Source of the DNA: an uncultured Bacteriovoracaceae bacterium
GTDB lineage: Bacteria > Bdellovibrionota > UBA2394
Assembly: GCA_964655245.1 (NCBI GenBank)
Contig: CAZZLQ010000002.1
Span: 10,654-74,653 of the forward strand
Length of the DNA: 64,000 bases
Direction of reading: 5' to 3'
Shown here piece after piece: positions 10,001 to 19,280 of the stretch; the stretch's first letter is position 1; each line of letters starts with the position of its first letter. Below the pieces are notes generated by a model. It searched no databases, was not told the DNA's origin, and saw only the letters and a program-made list of their open reading frames with translations. The position numbers were made by a program, and so were the translations under genes.

Positions 10001-10451
10001 CTACATCCCGGATGCGAGCATCCGAATTCTCACCTACCGCCAACTCAATCGAGTTCGATCGCCTGCTGAGCTGGGGGAGCTCGAAGAGGAGCTGCTCGAT
10101 CGATTTGGCTTCTATCCACCCGAGCTTGAGAACTTCTCTCAACTCATTAAGATTCGAACGCTGACAGTGCCTCTCAAGGCGCAGGCCATTGACCTTTTCC
10201 CCGGCCGGATGACGATTCAACTTGGACCCGACACGCCCCTTGAGCCCAAAAAGCTACTGCCACTATTGGGCAAAGAGCTGAGTATAGACCCCAAAGGCCG
10301 CCTTTCTTACGTCTTTGAGTCCGCGATCAAAAAGCCCCAAGAAGCCACTTCGAGCAAAGGAAAGCCGCCAGAGTTTGAGGATTTCGAGCGATGTCGTGCC
10401 CTGATCAAAAAGCTCTGCGATTTAGCGCAAGTCTCCGTTGAGAATGTTTAG
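7056..10451 (+). CDS. mfd: Transcription-repair coupling factor
   Basis: 1131 aa. CarD/RNAP-interaction block (DYVIHEDHGIARY..LEYADNDRLYLPV). SF2 helicase motifs are present: GDVGFGKTEVA, DEEQKFGV, LSATPIPRT, QLRGRVGR. A TRCF C-terminal domain follows. The TTG start at 7056 is uncertain. Confidence 0.93.
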   Translation: MIWFRCLEPKTHTIHGLAASSPLYFIAEHFDSALVVFPTRVDLSRARETLSYFKPDAQVLAFPAFERFFEPLKQEPGILYDRLRTQNELIDRQSKQVFVLTNLPALSHRTLSKRRFSTSRLTLKKSDWMSRDKLIMDLSSLGYRRDDLAEDPGFYSVRGFLLDVFLPYRTHPVRIEFFGDEIISIRSFEASSQRSLEELNELIIPPVRELITTSERWSKAKERIKDYGDSRGVGFDEREKLFFDLENNRDVLEPRWLLPAFEEQLETLFDYLPNKIPLVWVDPEEAREDFERAQRDDARSFESLNKLAFPLEQTIDPLSDLLNKSGSELRSLVSAKGLGYQVEGLETLRDRLVKSKSFGPLESLCLDLADKGIKTDLIINSPKRREALLESLEKARSHIRFHDGPPFDGFVSTTFQRAFITERDIFGVKRKHSGSAQKTKEDFLRQFSDLVDGDYVIHEDHGIARYHGLQQLEINGGKTEFLVLEYADNDRLYLPVYRLDKLSRYVSDEYGSPRLDRLGSTAFAKRKSKIREDILRIAHELLQIAAERRLSRVERQKYDEAKLRAFGDAFAYDLTGDQEQAVQEIQEDLNKNHPMDRLICGDVGFGKTEVAMRAAMIALLRGQQVALLAPTTVLVEQHYRGLQRRFKDFNFKIERLSRFVSAADQKKIADRLKKGEVDLVVGTHRLLGSDIEMNRLGLLIVDEEQKFGVKHKERLKKMRAQVDILTLSATPIPRTLQLSVSGIRELSLITTPPENRESVRTFVAGFEESLIRSAIERELARGGQVLFVHNRVQTIDALSQKLRAWMPKLRFVVAHGQMKETDLEQRMIEFIEGKAELLLATSIIENGIDIPTANTILIDHPELFGLSNLYQLRGRVGRSFQTAYAYFLVHEETRLTPEASKRLQVIQTYTELGSGFNVATHDMEIRGSGNILGEEQSGVIAEVGLELYTQMLQETLREIQNQKPTAPLPELNTGYTAFIPESYIPDASIRILTYRQLNRVRSPAELGELEEELLDRFGFYPPELENFSQLIKIRTLTVPLKAQAIDLFPGRMTIQLGPDTPLEPKKLLPLLGKELSIDPKGRLSYVFESAIKKPQEATSSKGKPPEFEDFERCRALIKKLCDLAQVSVENV

Positions 10452-10473
10452 TTTTGCGATGATAATTCCCCAT

Positions 10474-11361
10474 ATGTTGAGGTTCATCTGCCTGCCTGCT
10501 GTTTTAGCCCTCTGTTCCGCCTGTGAACGACGACCCAATCCCCCCAAAGTTGAAAACGGATCTGCCATAGCTCGCATCGGGGAAAAGATTGTTACAGACA
10601 AAGATCTTTCGAAAGCGCTCGACTCGATTAAGAAAAAATTTCCCCGTGAGTTTTCTGCCCACCCAGAGAAAAAAAGTCTTGTTGAGCAGATGATCAATAT
10701 CGAGCTGCTCTTTGAGGCGGCAATGAATGCGGGGCTCCAGGATGAGCCTGAATATAAAACCCGACTAGCTGATCTTTACATCGAAAAACTCAGTGAGAAG
10801 GCCCGATCCTCGATAAAGGATTCGGATCTCCTCGCTTTCTATCAGGAAAACAAAACCGCTATTGATCAGGTATCAGCCCGGCACATTCTTATGAAGTCTC
10901 AGGATCGCTCGAAGCTCGAGCAGCTCCGAGGCGATTTGCTTAAAGATCCATCAAAATTTCCTGAGTTAGCAAAACAATATTCAGTCGATGGGTCAGCTTC
11001 TCGCGGGGGCGACCTGGGGCTTTTTTCTTTTGGCATGATGGTTGAGCCTTTTTCGCGAGCAGCCTTCGCCCTTAAGGCTAAGGGCGACATCTCGCCAGTG
11101 ATCGAGTCTCAATATGGCATTCATCTCATTCAGCTGGTCGATGATCATCGAGGATTTGACAAGAACAGGGCTGCAATCGAGGCGTTCTATACGAGGAAGG
11201 CCCAATCGGACTTACTTCAAAAAGAGGTCGCCCGTCTTCGCTCTCAAAAGAAAATAGAGATTTATGATGAGGCTCTTCAAAAAATGTCCCCCCTTCCTGA
11301 AATTATCAACCAAGATCCTAGCGAGACGATGAAGATCAATGTGCCCTCGATCCCTCAGTAA
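10474..11361 (+). CDS. Parvulin-type peptidyl-prolyl isomerase lipoprotein (PrsA/SurA-like)
   Basis: Start moved to ATG 10474, after the mfd stop. Signal peptide with lipobox (VLALCSAC). PpiC domain: SARHIL..GGDLGLFSFGMMVEPF..ISPVIESQYGIHLIQL. Confidence 0.8.
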   Translation: MLRFICLPAVLALCSACERRPNPPKVENGSAIARIGEKIVTDKDLSKALDSIKKKFPREFSAHPEKKSLVEQMINIELLFEAAMNAGLQDEPEYKTRLADLYIEKLSEKARSSIKDSDLLAFYQENKTAIDQVSARHILMKSQDRSKLEQLRGDLLKDPSKFPELAKQYSVDGSASRGGDLGLFSFGMMVEPFSRAAFALKAKGDISPVIESQYGIHLIQLVDDHRGFDKNRAAIEAFYTRKAQSDLLQKEVARLRSQKKIEIYDEALQKMSPLPEIINQDPSETMKINVPSIPQ

Positions 11362-12265
11362 GCTCTTGTTCATCGCTCTTCTGACGGGCGGCTGCTCTCT
11401 GCCACCATCCAAGAGCACGCCGATTGCTCGTGTCAATGGAAGCGAGGTGACCCTTGGTGACTATCAAGATTTGATGGAAAGTCTGCGGCCCAAGGAAGGA
11501 GTCGATTCGAGCGAGAAAAAGGCAGAGCTTCGAAATCTTGTGATCCGAACTTTGATTCGACGAGAGGTCGTAGTAACAGAGGCCAAGAAGAAGGGAATCA
11601 CACTCTCCAGCGAGGAGGTTCAAGAGGGGCTTAAGAAGTTTAAGGATGGCTACTCTGAAACGTCATTTGAACAGAGCCTCTCTGATCAAATGATTGACGC
11701 CAACATCTGGCACAGAAATGTTGAACAGAGTCTTTTGATCGAAAAGCTCTTTGATGAGTCCGCCCCCAAGATTCCCCCTCCTTCGAATCGAGAGCTGATG
11801 GAGTTTTTCGAAAGAAACCGCCATCTCTTTCAAAAGAAGGCGAGCGTTCGAGCACAACATATTGTTGTCGCCCAGCAAGCCTTGGCCGATGAGATTCGCA
11901 GCAAGCTCAAGAAGCGCCCGCAGGACTTTGTCTCACTTGCGAAAGAACACAGCAGCGGCCCCGAGGCCCAAGACGGCGCCATCATTCAAGTCGACAAGGA
12001 CACACTGCCGGAAGCTCTCGACGACGCCCTCTTTTCTCTGAAGATCGGGGAGACTTCTGCCGTCATTCAAAGTCCGTACGGCTTTCATCTCTTTAAGATT
12101 GTCTCCCGCTCCCCGGCTCTCAATTTGGACTTTCAACACGTCAAGGAGCAGATCGCCGCCAAGCTGACTCGACAGCGCAAGCTCGAGTGGATTGATCGCT
12201 TCGAAGAGAAGCTCATCCGAATGGCAGATATTGAGTACAATCGGGACCTTATAAAAAAGCTGTAA
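11339..12265 (+). CDS. Parvulin-type peptidyl-prolyl isomerase lipoprotein (PrsA/SurA-like), second copy
   Basis: Lipobox LLTGGC. PpiC domain: VRAQHIVV..SPYGFHLFKI. Overlaps the previous gene by 23 nt. Confidence 0.8.
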   Translation: MCPRSLSKLLFIALLTGGCSLPPSKSTPIARVNGSEVTLGDYQDLMESLRPKEGVDSSEKKAELRNLVIRTLIRREVVVTEAKKKGITLSSEEVQEGLKKFKDGYSETSFEQSLSDQMIDANIWHRNVEQSLLIEKLFDESAPKIPPPSNRELMEFFERNRHLFQKKASVRAQHIVVAQQALADEIRSKLKKRPQDFVSLAKEHSSGPEAQDGAIIQVDKDTLPEALDDALFSLKIGETSAVIQSPYGFHLFKIVSRSPALNLDFQHVKEQIAAKLTRQRKLEWIDRFEEKLIRMADIEYNRDLIKKL

Positions 12266-12322
12266 AATCCATTACTTATCGGGCTCCCCATTGGGCCCCA
12301 GAACGTGCTATAGAGGAGCACT

Positions 12323-13240
12323 ATGATGATTGGAGCTCTTTCGACCCTTTTGATTTACATCGTGGATCCGACTGCCGGCACTTCTTCTGCCTTTTCCGAG
12401 AAGATCGAAGCGCGAGTGGGCAACAAGATCATTACCTCATCTGATCTTGATGGGATGGTTCAAGCGCTCAAACAGTCTGCTCAAAACCAACCTCAAGACT
12501 TGGTACGAAAGAAAGCCCTCGAAACACTGATCGACCGCTCCCTCATTAGTATCTATTTAACCCAACTGGGCGCACCGATTACCGATCGCGAAGTTGATCA
12601 GAGAATCAACGCGATCAAATTTCAAAATAACATTACTTCTCAAGATGATTTCCGAAGCCTGCTCCAAAAGCAGGGGCTCACCTTTGAAGCCTTTCGCGAT
12701 CAAGTTCGATCTCAAATGGAGTACATGCAGTTCGTAAATTTCATGCGAAGAGATTCCAATCAGAGCATTGAAGAAAAAGAGCTTCGAGCTCTGTTTCAAG
12801 AAAGAGCCAAAGACTTCGCTTCAAATTATGAGCTGGAGCTTCAAGAGTGCAGCATTCCTCTCACTCGCGAATCAACTGAGATAGACCAGATCATTTCGAA
12901 ATTCACCGCAGCCCCGCAAAAGTTTGACGAATGTGTCGCCACTCTCAGCCAGAGTCCTTCAGCCTCAGCTTCCGGTGGAAAGATTGGAAAGTTTAAAATT
13001 GGCATGCTTCGCGAGGACATCGAAAAGCTCGTCTTCGAGGCGCCCAAAGGTGCAGTGGTCGTTGTTCGACAACCCGGAGCGGTTCAACTCATCAAAGTTT
13101 TAGATCGGGCCGATGTCGGCCCCCAAAGCTTCGAAAGCGCAAAAGAGCGATTGAAAGCTCGTCTTCAAGAAGAGCGCCTTCAAAAAGAGATCGAAAAAAA
13201 GCTCACCGAGCTCAGAAATTCCACCTATATACAAATTTGA
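12323..13240 (+). CDS. SurA-like periplasmic chaperone with a degenerate (probably inactive) parvulin domain
   Basis: SurA N-domain-like start (IEARVGNKIITSSDLDGMV). The C-terminal parvulin-like fold has both conserved His positions replaced: ELQECSIPL instead of ..H.L, and AVQLIKV instead of G.H.I.V. Confidence 0.65.
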   Translation: MMIGALSTLLIYIVDPTAGTSSAFSEKIEARVGNKIITSSDLDGMVQALKQSAQNQPQDLVRKKALETLIDRSLISIYLTQLGAPITDREVDQRINAIKFQNNITSQDDFRSLLQKQGLTFEAFRDQVRSQMEYMQFVNFMRRDSNQSIEEKELRALFQERAKDFASNYELELQECSIPLTRESTEIDQIISKFTAAPQKFDECVATLSQSPSASASGGKIGKFKIGMLREDIEKLVFEAPKGAVVVVRQPGAVQLIKVLDRADVGPQSFESAKERLKARLQEERLQKEIEKKLTELRNSTYIQI

Positions 13241-13263
13241 TTCGTATCTGTTAGCCTCTTGAA

Positions 13264-14658
13264 ATGCTTCGGCTCATTTGCTGGCTGTCCGGTCCAGCTG
13301 TGTTTTTATTCCTGGGATTCTTTGTTCCACTGGAGAGTCTTTCCTTTCAGGCGAGAGTTGTTCTTGCAACGCTGTCCTGGATGTTTGTCTGGTGGCTACT
13401 CGAGGCCGTTCCTCTTGCGATCACAAGCCTGTTGCCCCTGATCACCTTTCCAGCCTTCGACGTTGCTAACCTCAAAACCGTAGCTGCCTCCTATAGTGCG
13501 GAAGTCATTTATTTATTTCTGGGTGGATTTCTTCTCGCCCGAGCGATTGAAAAGTGGAATGTGCACCTCATTCTTGCCAGAAGAGTTCTCGGTCATGAGG
13601 CCCACTCACCTTCTAGGGCGCTGCTATTGTTTATCGGACTGACAGCCTTTATCTCGATGTGGATCTCAAATACCGCAGCAGCCCTTGTAGTTCTCCCTCT
13701 TGTTGCAACACTTCATCATCCCGACCCCAAACAGTCTGTGCGAATGCAAAAGTCCTTTCGGCTCGCTGTTGCCTATGCTGCATCTGTTGGCGGCATAGCG
13801 ACCCTCATTGGCTCCCCTCCCAATGCCATCATGGCCTCGATTGCTCAGCAACAGCTCGGCGTGAAGATTAGCTTTCTCGATTGGATGCTCTTTGGAGTGC
13901 CTCTGGCGGTTATAGGCTGCTTCATTGTTTGGCTTTATCTCTCTCGATTCGCATTTCCCATTCAGGGCACAGAAGAAGTTCGCGTCCTCACTGAAACCGA
14001 TTCCTACACTACTTTAAGCCCCGCGCAGAAAAGAGTTTTGATCGTCTTTGCTGCGACTGTTGTCGCTTGGATTACAAGCGGAGCTCTCTCCTCTTCGGCT
14101 TTCTCAGATGCCTCCATTTCGATGATGGCGGTGATCGCCCTGTTCAGCCTTCCAAGTGGCGAGGGCAACCATCAAAAAATTCTCTCCGCAGAGGATCTCC
14201 TTTTCGGTGGCTGGCCCGTCCTTGTTTTGTTTGGAGGCGGCCTTGCTCTTTCGATGGGGATTGATCGCTCAGGCCTTGGCACAATGATTACTCATTCACT
14301 TCACGGACTTTCCAGCCTCTCTCCTTTCATCGTTGTGGTTTGTCTCACAGGATTTCTGATTCTCCTGACAGAAATTTCTTCAAACACCGCCATCGCCGCC
14401 ATTTTTGTTCCGCTGGTGCTCGCGCTGGCACCCGCCGTAGGGCTCCCCCCGCTCTTAGCTATGATGGCTGTCACGATGGCCGGCTCTCTCTCGTTCATGC
14501 TACCAATGGCCACTCCGCCCAATGCTGTTGTGTTTGCCTCAGGCGGCCTAAGTATCCGCGAAATGATCAGATGCGGAATTGGACTCAATATTCTTTTTTG
14601 GATTGTGATTTCACTGAGCGTTTGGTTCCTACTGCCAATCGTTTGGACATTCCAATAA
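13264..14658 (+). CDS. DASS/SLC13-family anion:sodium symporter
   Basis: 464 aa and polytopic. Duplicated hairpin motifs SNTAAA...GSPPNAI and SNTAIAA...ATPPNAVVF are typical of the divalent anion:Na+ symporter family. Confidence 0.8.
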   Translation: MLRLICWLSGPAVFLFLGFFVPLESLSFQARVVLATLSWMFVWWLLEAVPLAITSLLPLITFPAFDVANLKTVAASYSAEVIYLFLGGFLLARAIEKWNVHLILARRVLGHEAHSPSRALLLFIGLTAFISMWISNTAAALVVLPLVATLHHPDPKQSVRMQKSFRLAVAYAASVGGIATLIGSPPNAIMASIAQQQLGVKISFLDWMLFGVPLAVIGCFIVWLYLSRFAFPIQGTEEVRVLTETDSYTTLSPAQKRVLIVFAATVVAWITSGALSSSAFSDASISMMAVIALFSLPSGEGNHQKILSAEDLLFGGWPVLVLFGGGLALSMGIDRSGLGTMITHSLHGLSSLSPFIVVVCLTGFLILLTEISSNTAIAAIFVPLVLALAPAVGLPPLLAMMAVTMAGSLSFMLPMATPPNAVVFASGGLSIREMIRCGIGLNILFWIVISLSVWFLLPIVWTFQ

Positions 14659-14702
14659 ACCTCTCGATCCAAAACCCAAGCCCCCTTAAGATAGAGAAGA
14701 TC

Positions 14703-15662
14703 ATGGAAGAATTCCGCCTAGCGGCCACAGTTGGCGACCCCTCATCGATTGGACCTGAAGTTGCCATTCAAGCTCTCCAAAAGTTTTTCTCAACCAAACG
14801 ATCTTGCAGTGTTCAGCTCTTTTTGCCGGAGCAAACAGCACTTCGATATCGCTCGGCGCTTCGAACTCTCAAATCAAAAAGGCGTGTTGAGGTGGTTGAA
14901 GTCTTGGGTCCACATTTCAATCTGCCCGGAAAGCATTCCGCTCGATTGGGACTAGAAGCTCTCCGACTCGCGACTGATCTCTGCATTGAAAAGAAGGCTG
15001 CAGCCCTCGTCACAGGTCCTTTAGATAAAAATCTCTGTGCCCAAGTGAACAAGGGCTTTCGGGGTCATACGGAGTACCTTCAAGAGCGATGCAAAGTTCC
15101 TAAGACGACAATGCTTCTGTCTGGAGGCCAACTCCAGGTGGCGCTTGTGACCACACATCTTCCACTCTCTCAAGTTCCGAAGGTGCTCAGCTCTCAAAAG
15201 ATTATTGAAACGACTCTTCAGGTCTATGATCACCTGAAATCTTTCTTTCCGAAGCCTCGAATTGCCGTAGCCGCCCTTAATCCTCACGCCTCGGATGGGG
15301 GTCTGTTTGGCAATGAGGAAAAGCTGATCATTGAACCGGCCATCAAGAAGCTCAAAAAGAAAATCCCTCAGATTGCTGGGCCATTTCCAGCCGACTCCCT
15401 CTTCGCTAAATCGTTTCACTACGATGCAGTGATTTGCCAGTACCACGACCAAGGACTCATTCCGCTCAAGATGCTTCACTTTTATGATGCCGTGAATGTG
15501 ACACTTGGGCTACCCTTCCTAAGAACCTCTGTGGATCATGGAACGGCTTTTGATATTGTAGGCAAGGGTCTTGCCTCTTCACAGAGTTACTTCAATTCCC
15601 TCGAGTATGCTTATGAATGGGTCCGAGCCAAGCATTCAAATCCGCGGCGCAAGAGAACATAA
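14703..15662 (+). CDS. pdxA: 4-hydroxythreonine-4-phosphate dehydrogenase
   Basis: PdxA blocks from ATG 14703: [62 protein letters not shown]. The ORF-track start at 14340 is read-through inside the transporter gene. Confidence 0.9.
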   Translation: MEEFRLAATVGDPSSIGPEVAIQALQKFFSTKRSCSVQLFLPEQTALRYRSALRTLKSKRRVEVVEVLGPHFNLPGKHSARLGLEALRLATDLCIEKKAAALVTGPLDKNLCAQVNKGFRGHTEYLQERCKVPKTTMLLSGGQLQVALVTTHLPLSQVPKVLSSQKIIETTLQVYDHLKSFFPKPRIAVAALNPHASDGGLFGNEEKLIIEPAIKKLKKKIPQIAGPFPADSLFAKSFHYDAVICQYHDQGLIPLKMLHFYDAVNVTLGLPFLRTSVDHGTAFDIVGKGLASSQSYFNSLEYAYEWVRAKHSNPRRKRT

Positions 15663-18132
15663 TCTCAAAGACATCTCTATTGATTTGCCCCGAAACAAGC
15701 TGATTGTCATCACAGGACCAAGTGGCAGTGGAAAGTCGACTCTCGCTTTCGATACCATTTTTGCAGAAGGCCAGCGTCGATACATCGAAAGCCTTTCAGC
15801 CTATGCCAAGCAGTTTGTCGATCAGCTCAAAAAGCCTGACGTTGAATCTATTCGAGGCCTGTGTCCCTCGATTGCGATTCAGCAAAAGGGAATCGCCAAG
15901 AACCCTCGCTCAACAGTTGGAACGCTGACTGAGATCTATGATTTTCTGAGACTCTTGTTTAGTCGGGTGGGAGATCCTTTTTGCCCAGATTGCCAACTCG
16001 CCATTGAAAAGACTTCTGCGCCTCAGATTGTTGACCAGATCTTGGCTCTTCCAGAGGGCACCAAGATCAATATTCTGGGCGTTCTGGCGAGAAAGAAAAA
16101 AGGCGAGTTTACACAGGAACTCAATCAGCTCGTAAAGCTCGGCCTTGTGCGTGCTCGAATTGATGGAGAGGACCAGTCGCTTACCAAAGACATCCGGCTA
16201 GAGAAAAACAAGCCGCACGATATCTTTGTTTATGTTGATCGACTCGCCGTCAAACCAGACTCTCGCGGAAGAATTCATGAAGCCGTTGAGCTCTCATCAA
16301 GCTTTTCAAAGGGACTGATCCAGATAGAGCTTTTTGAAAAAGGAAAGACACTCAATTTCAATCAAAGTCTCAGCTGCCCATCCTGCAGCAAGGGATTTCC
16401 CGAGATGACGCCGCGACTTTTTTCTTTTAACTCCCCCATCGGCGCCTGCGTCTTTTGCAATGGCCTCGGATATCTTCAGGATGAGGGGTCAGAGGACGAA
16501 GAGACTGATGAGGATTCAGAAGGGCTCCAGGCCCCCGTTGAGATTTGTCCAAGCTGCGATGGAACGAGACTCAAAAACGAATCTCGCTCTGTCTTCATTA
16601 ACAAAACCTCGATTAGCGATCTGACGGCGATGAGCGTGTTGGAGCTCAAAGACTTTGCGTTCAATTTGCAGTTGGGTGGCCGGAAAGCACTGCTCGCTGA
16701 AAAGGTCATGAAGGAAATCAAGGATCGGCTCGATTTTCTCTGTCAGGTGGGTCTCGATTATCTTTCCCTCGATCGTCGAGCCTCTACGCTCAGTGGAGGA
16801 GAAGAACAGCGCGTGATTCTTGCCACTCAGATTGGAACTAAACTCACTGGAGTTTTGTATGTCCTCGATGAGCCAAGTATTGGGCTCCACCATGCAGACA
16901 ATCAGCGATTGATTGATTCTCTCAAAAAGCTTCGGGACCTTGGAAACTCCGTCTTGGTTGTTGAGCATGATCTCGATACGATGATTGCCGCCGATTTGAT
17001 TGTGGATCTAGGCCCAGGAGCTGGGCGATTAGGTGGAAGCGTTGTCGACTACAATACACCTCAGCAGCTCTCATCAGGAGCTACTTCTGATTTTCTCAAA
17101 GGGACGAGAGTCATTCCTCTGCCCAAGACGCGGCGAAAAATTTCGGGTGAGTCGATTCAGTTCTTGGGCTGCTCTTTGCACAATCTCCAAAACATTGATG
17201 TCAAGATTCCGCTCGGAAGCTTCAGTGTTGTGACCGGGGTATCCGGCAGTGGAAAGTCCACACTGGTCTTGGACGTCATCAGCGAAAGCTTGCTCAAAAA
17301 AACTCCCGTTGGTTGTCGCCAGATTAAGGGGCTCGATAGCATCGACAAGATTATTCGAGTTGATCAGTCTCCGATCGGCCGAACCAGTCGTTCAAATCCG
17401 GCGACATACATTGGTCTGTTTGGGCCCATCCGCGAGCTCTTTTCACAAACTCCTGATGCTCGAAAGAAAGGATACACTCCCTCGCGATTTAGTTTCAACG
17501 TCTCAGGGGGCCGCTGCGAGGAGTGTAAAGGCGCTGGTGAGCTTGATGTTGAAATGCATTTTCTCGCCGATGTCAGCGTGCCTTGCGAAACCTGCGGACA
17601 ACGCCGATTCAATTCAGCAACGCTTGATATCACTTTCAAAGGGAGAAACATTCACGACGTGTTGGAGATGACTTTCTCTGATGCTTTCGAGTTCTTCGAA
17701 GCCGTCCCCTCTCTCCAAAACAAATTTAAGGTGATGATCGACGTTGGACTTGGATATCTGAAGCTTGGTCAGCCAGCCACGACCCTTTCGGGCGGTGAGG
17801 CTCAGCGAGTCAAACTCGCTCGTGAGCTTTCCAAACGCTCAACTGGAAAAACGCTTTATATCTTGGACGAGCCAACCACAGGACTTCACTTTGTCGATAT
17901 TGAGCGCCTTTTGCAGGTTGTCCAACAGCTGGTCGATCTTGGAAACACTGTTTTGATGATTGAACATCAACTCGACGTGATTCAAGCCGCAGACTTCGTT
18001 ATTGATTTGGGTCCTGATGGCGGCAAAGCCGGAGGAAAAATAATGGCCTCAGGAACACCTGAGGCCATCTCAAAAAATCCCGATTCAAAAACCGGTCAAG
18101 CACTGACCGGTCTCAAAACGAAAGCTTCTTAG
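15613..18132 (+). CDS. uvrA: Excinuclease ABC subunit A with canonical motifs but no insertion domain
   Basis: The N-terminus [61 protein letters not shown] is near-canonical. Two ABC modules ([20 protein letters not shown]). A segment in the position of the UvrB-binding region is present. Only 27 aa lie between CNGLG and CPSCDGTRL. Start placed at ATG 15613, which overlaps the pdxA end by 50 nt. Confidence 0.92.
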   Translation: MNGSEPSIQIRGAREHNLKDISIDLPRNKLIVITGPSGSGKSTLAFDTIFAEGQRRYIESLSAYAKQFVDQLKKPDVESIRGLCPSIAIQQKGIAKNPRSTVGTLTEIYDFLRLLFSRVGDPFCPDCQLAIEKTSAPQIVDQILALPEGTKINILGVLARKKKGEFTQELNQLVKLGLVRARIDGEDQSLTKDIRLEKNKPHDIFVYVDRLAVKPDSRGRIHEAVELSSSFSKGLIQIELFEKGKTLNFNQSLSCPSCSKGFPEMTPRLFSFNSPIGACVFCNGLGYLQDEGSEDEETDEDSEGLQAPVEICPSCDGTRLKNESRSVFINKTSISDLTAMSVLELKDFAFNLQLGGRKALLAEKVMKEIKDRLDFLCQVGLDYLSLDRRASTLSGGEEQRVILATQIGTKLTGVLYVLDEPSIGLHHADNQRLIDSLKKLRDLGNSVLVVEHDLDTMIAADLIVDLGPGAGRLGGSVVDYNTPQQLSSGATSDFLKGTRVIPLPKTRRKISGESIQFLGCSLHNLQNIDVKIPLGSFSVVTGVSGSGKSTLVLDVISESLLKKTPVGCRQIKGLDSIDKIIRVDQSPIGRTSRSNPATYIGLFGPIRELFSQTPDARKKGYTPSRFSFNVSGGRCEECKGAGELDVEMHFLADVSVPCETCGQRRFNSATLDITFKGRNIHDVLEMTFSDAFEFFEAVPSLQNKFKVMIDVGLGYLKLGQPATTLSGGEAQRVKLARELSKRSTGKTLYILDEPTTGLHFVDIERLLQVVQQLVDLGNTVLMIEHQLDVIQAADFVIDLGPDGGKAGGKIMASGTPEAISKNPDSKTGQALTGLKTKAS

Positions 18133-18491
18133 CCAAGCAAAGCGGCTTTGAAGATGAAGACGAAGATCAATCCGTAGATCGCGATCGCTTCGATAAAGGC
18201 CAATCCCAAAATCATAGGAACGAACATTTGTCCTGAGGCTTGGGGATTGCGAGCAATTCCAGCCATGGCTTGAGCGGCCATACGACCTTGTCCCAAACCG
18301 CAACCAACCGCGGCCAAACCGAATCCAAGAGGAGCTCCAAGAGCGAGCCATTTCAAAACTTCAGCGCTGGTTCCGGAGCTAGCAGCTTCAGCCGCACCTT
18401 CCGCACCAAAAGCAAAAGAAATCCCGCTTACCAAAAAGAGGCCCAAAAAGCCGGCAGCTTTAGTAACTGTTGATCGATTGATATTTTTCAT
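18129..18491 (-). CDS. atpE: F-type ATP synthase subunit c with a ~43-aa signal-peptide-like N-terminal extension
   Basis: The C-terminal ~77 aa form a typical c hairpin (GLGQG..ARNPQ..LAFIEAIAIYGL, with the carboxylate Glu present). ATG 18491 is preceded by AAGGAG. The extension contains no internal ATG. Confidence 0.9.
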   Translation of the reverse strand: MKNINRSTVTKAAGFLGLFLVSGISFAFGAEGAAEAASSGTSAEVLKWLALGAPLGFGLAAVGCGLGQGRMAAQAMAGIARNPQASGQMFVPMILGLAFIEAIAIYGLIFVFIFKAALLG

Positions 18492-18513
18492 CCTTCTTTT
18501 CTCCTTATATAGC

Positions 18514-19242
18514 TTAGTGATCGTGCGAAACCGCCAATTTGATATAAACAGTGGTCAGCAACGAGAAAACAAAAGCCTGAATGAGGCCTACAAACATTCC
18601 TAGCGCCAAAACAGCCATCGGCAAGCCCAATGGAATCAACTGCATCACTGTCCCAAACAAAATATGGTCTCCATTGATATTTCCCCACAAACGAAGACTC
18701 ATGGAAACGGGTCTAAACATATGTCCCACCAGCTCGATGACTAGCACCAACATGGCGATCAGCGACATCACCACCGTCATCGTCGCACTCATGCCAGCGG
18801 GTGGAAGGCCGCCTGTAAACTGCTTCAGATAGCCAAAGCCATGCTCTTTAAATCCGAGGAACTGATAAAAGAGGAAAACAAGGAGCGCAACAGCTAGGTT
18901 GGTGTTTAAGTTTTCCGTCGCGGGAGGAATTCCAGGAATCAATCCCGAGTAGTTCTGAAGCAAAATAAAAATAAAAATCGAAACCACCAAAGGGACATAC
19001 TGGTCAGAGTGATGGCCCACAATGTCGTGCAAAAGCTTTCTGAAATATCCCACCAAAGAGGTCAAAGCATTCACGAAGGTGAATCGGCCCTCAGGAAGAA
19101 TCATTTTCTCAGTGTTCTTCAACTGAGAGTGGGCCACCAGTCCAGCAACGGTCACAACACCCGCGGTAAGAGCAGCCCCAGCCACATGATGAAACTCGTG
19201 AGCTATTCCTAATGAGTTAAAAAGTGAAACGCCACCGGCCAT
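18514..19242 (-). CDS. atpB: F-type ATP synthase subunit a
   Basis: 242 aa and polytopic. Essential-Arg motif SLRLWGNINGDH (compare LRLFGNM.AGH). Confidence 0.92.
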   Translation of the reverse strand: MAGGVSLFNSLGIAHEFHHVAGAALTAGVVTVAGLVAHSQLKNTEKMILPEGRFTFVNALTSLVGYFRKLLHDIVGHHSDQYVPLVVSIFIFILLQNYSGLIPGIPPATENLNTNLAVALLVFLFYQFLGFKEHGFGYLKQFTGGLPPAGMSATMTVVMSLIAMLVLVIELVGHMFRPVSMSLRLWGNINGDHILFGTVMQLIPLGLPMAVLALGMFVGLIQAFVFSLLTTVYIKLAVSHDH

Positions 19243-19280
19243 CTTTCATTAAAACCTTTCGATCCCCAGATACTTCTCAA

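Noticed and set aside
14340-14702. Long 5' extension of the pdxA ORF (440-aa ORF-track entry).
   Set aside because: The extension lies entirely inside the DASS transporter gene in another frame. It has low-complexity, Arg/Cys-rich composition and no PdxA similarity. PdxA homology begins at ATG 14703.
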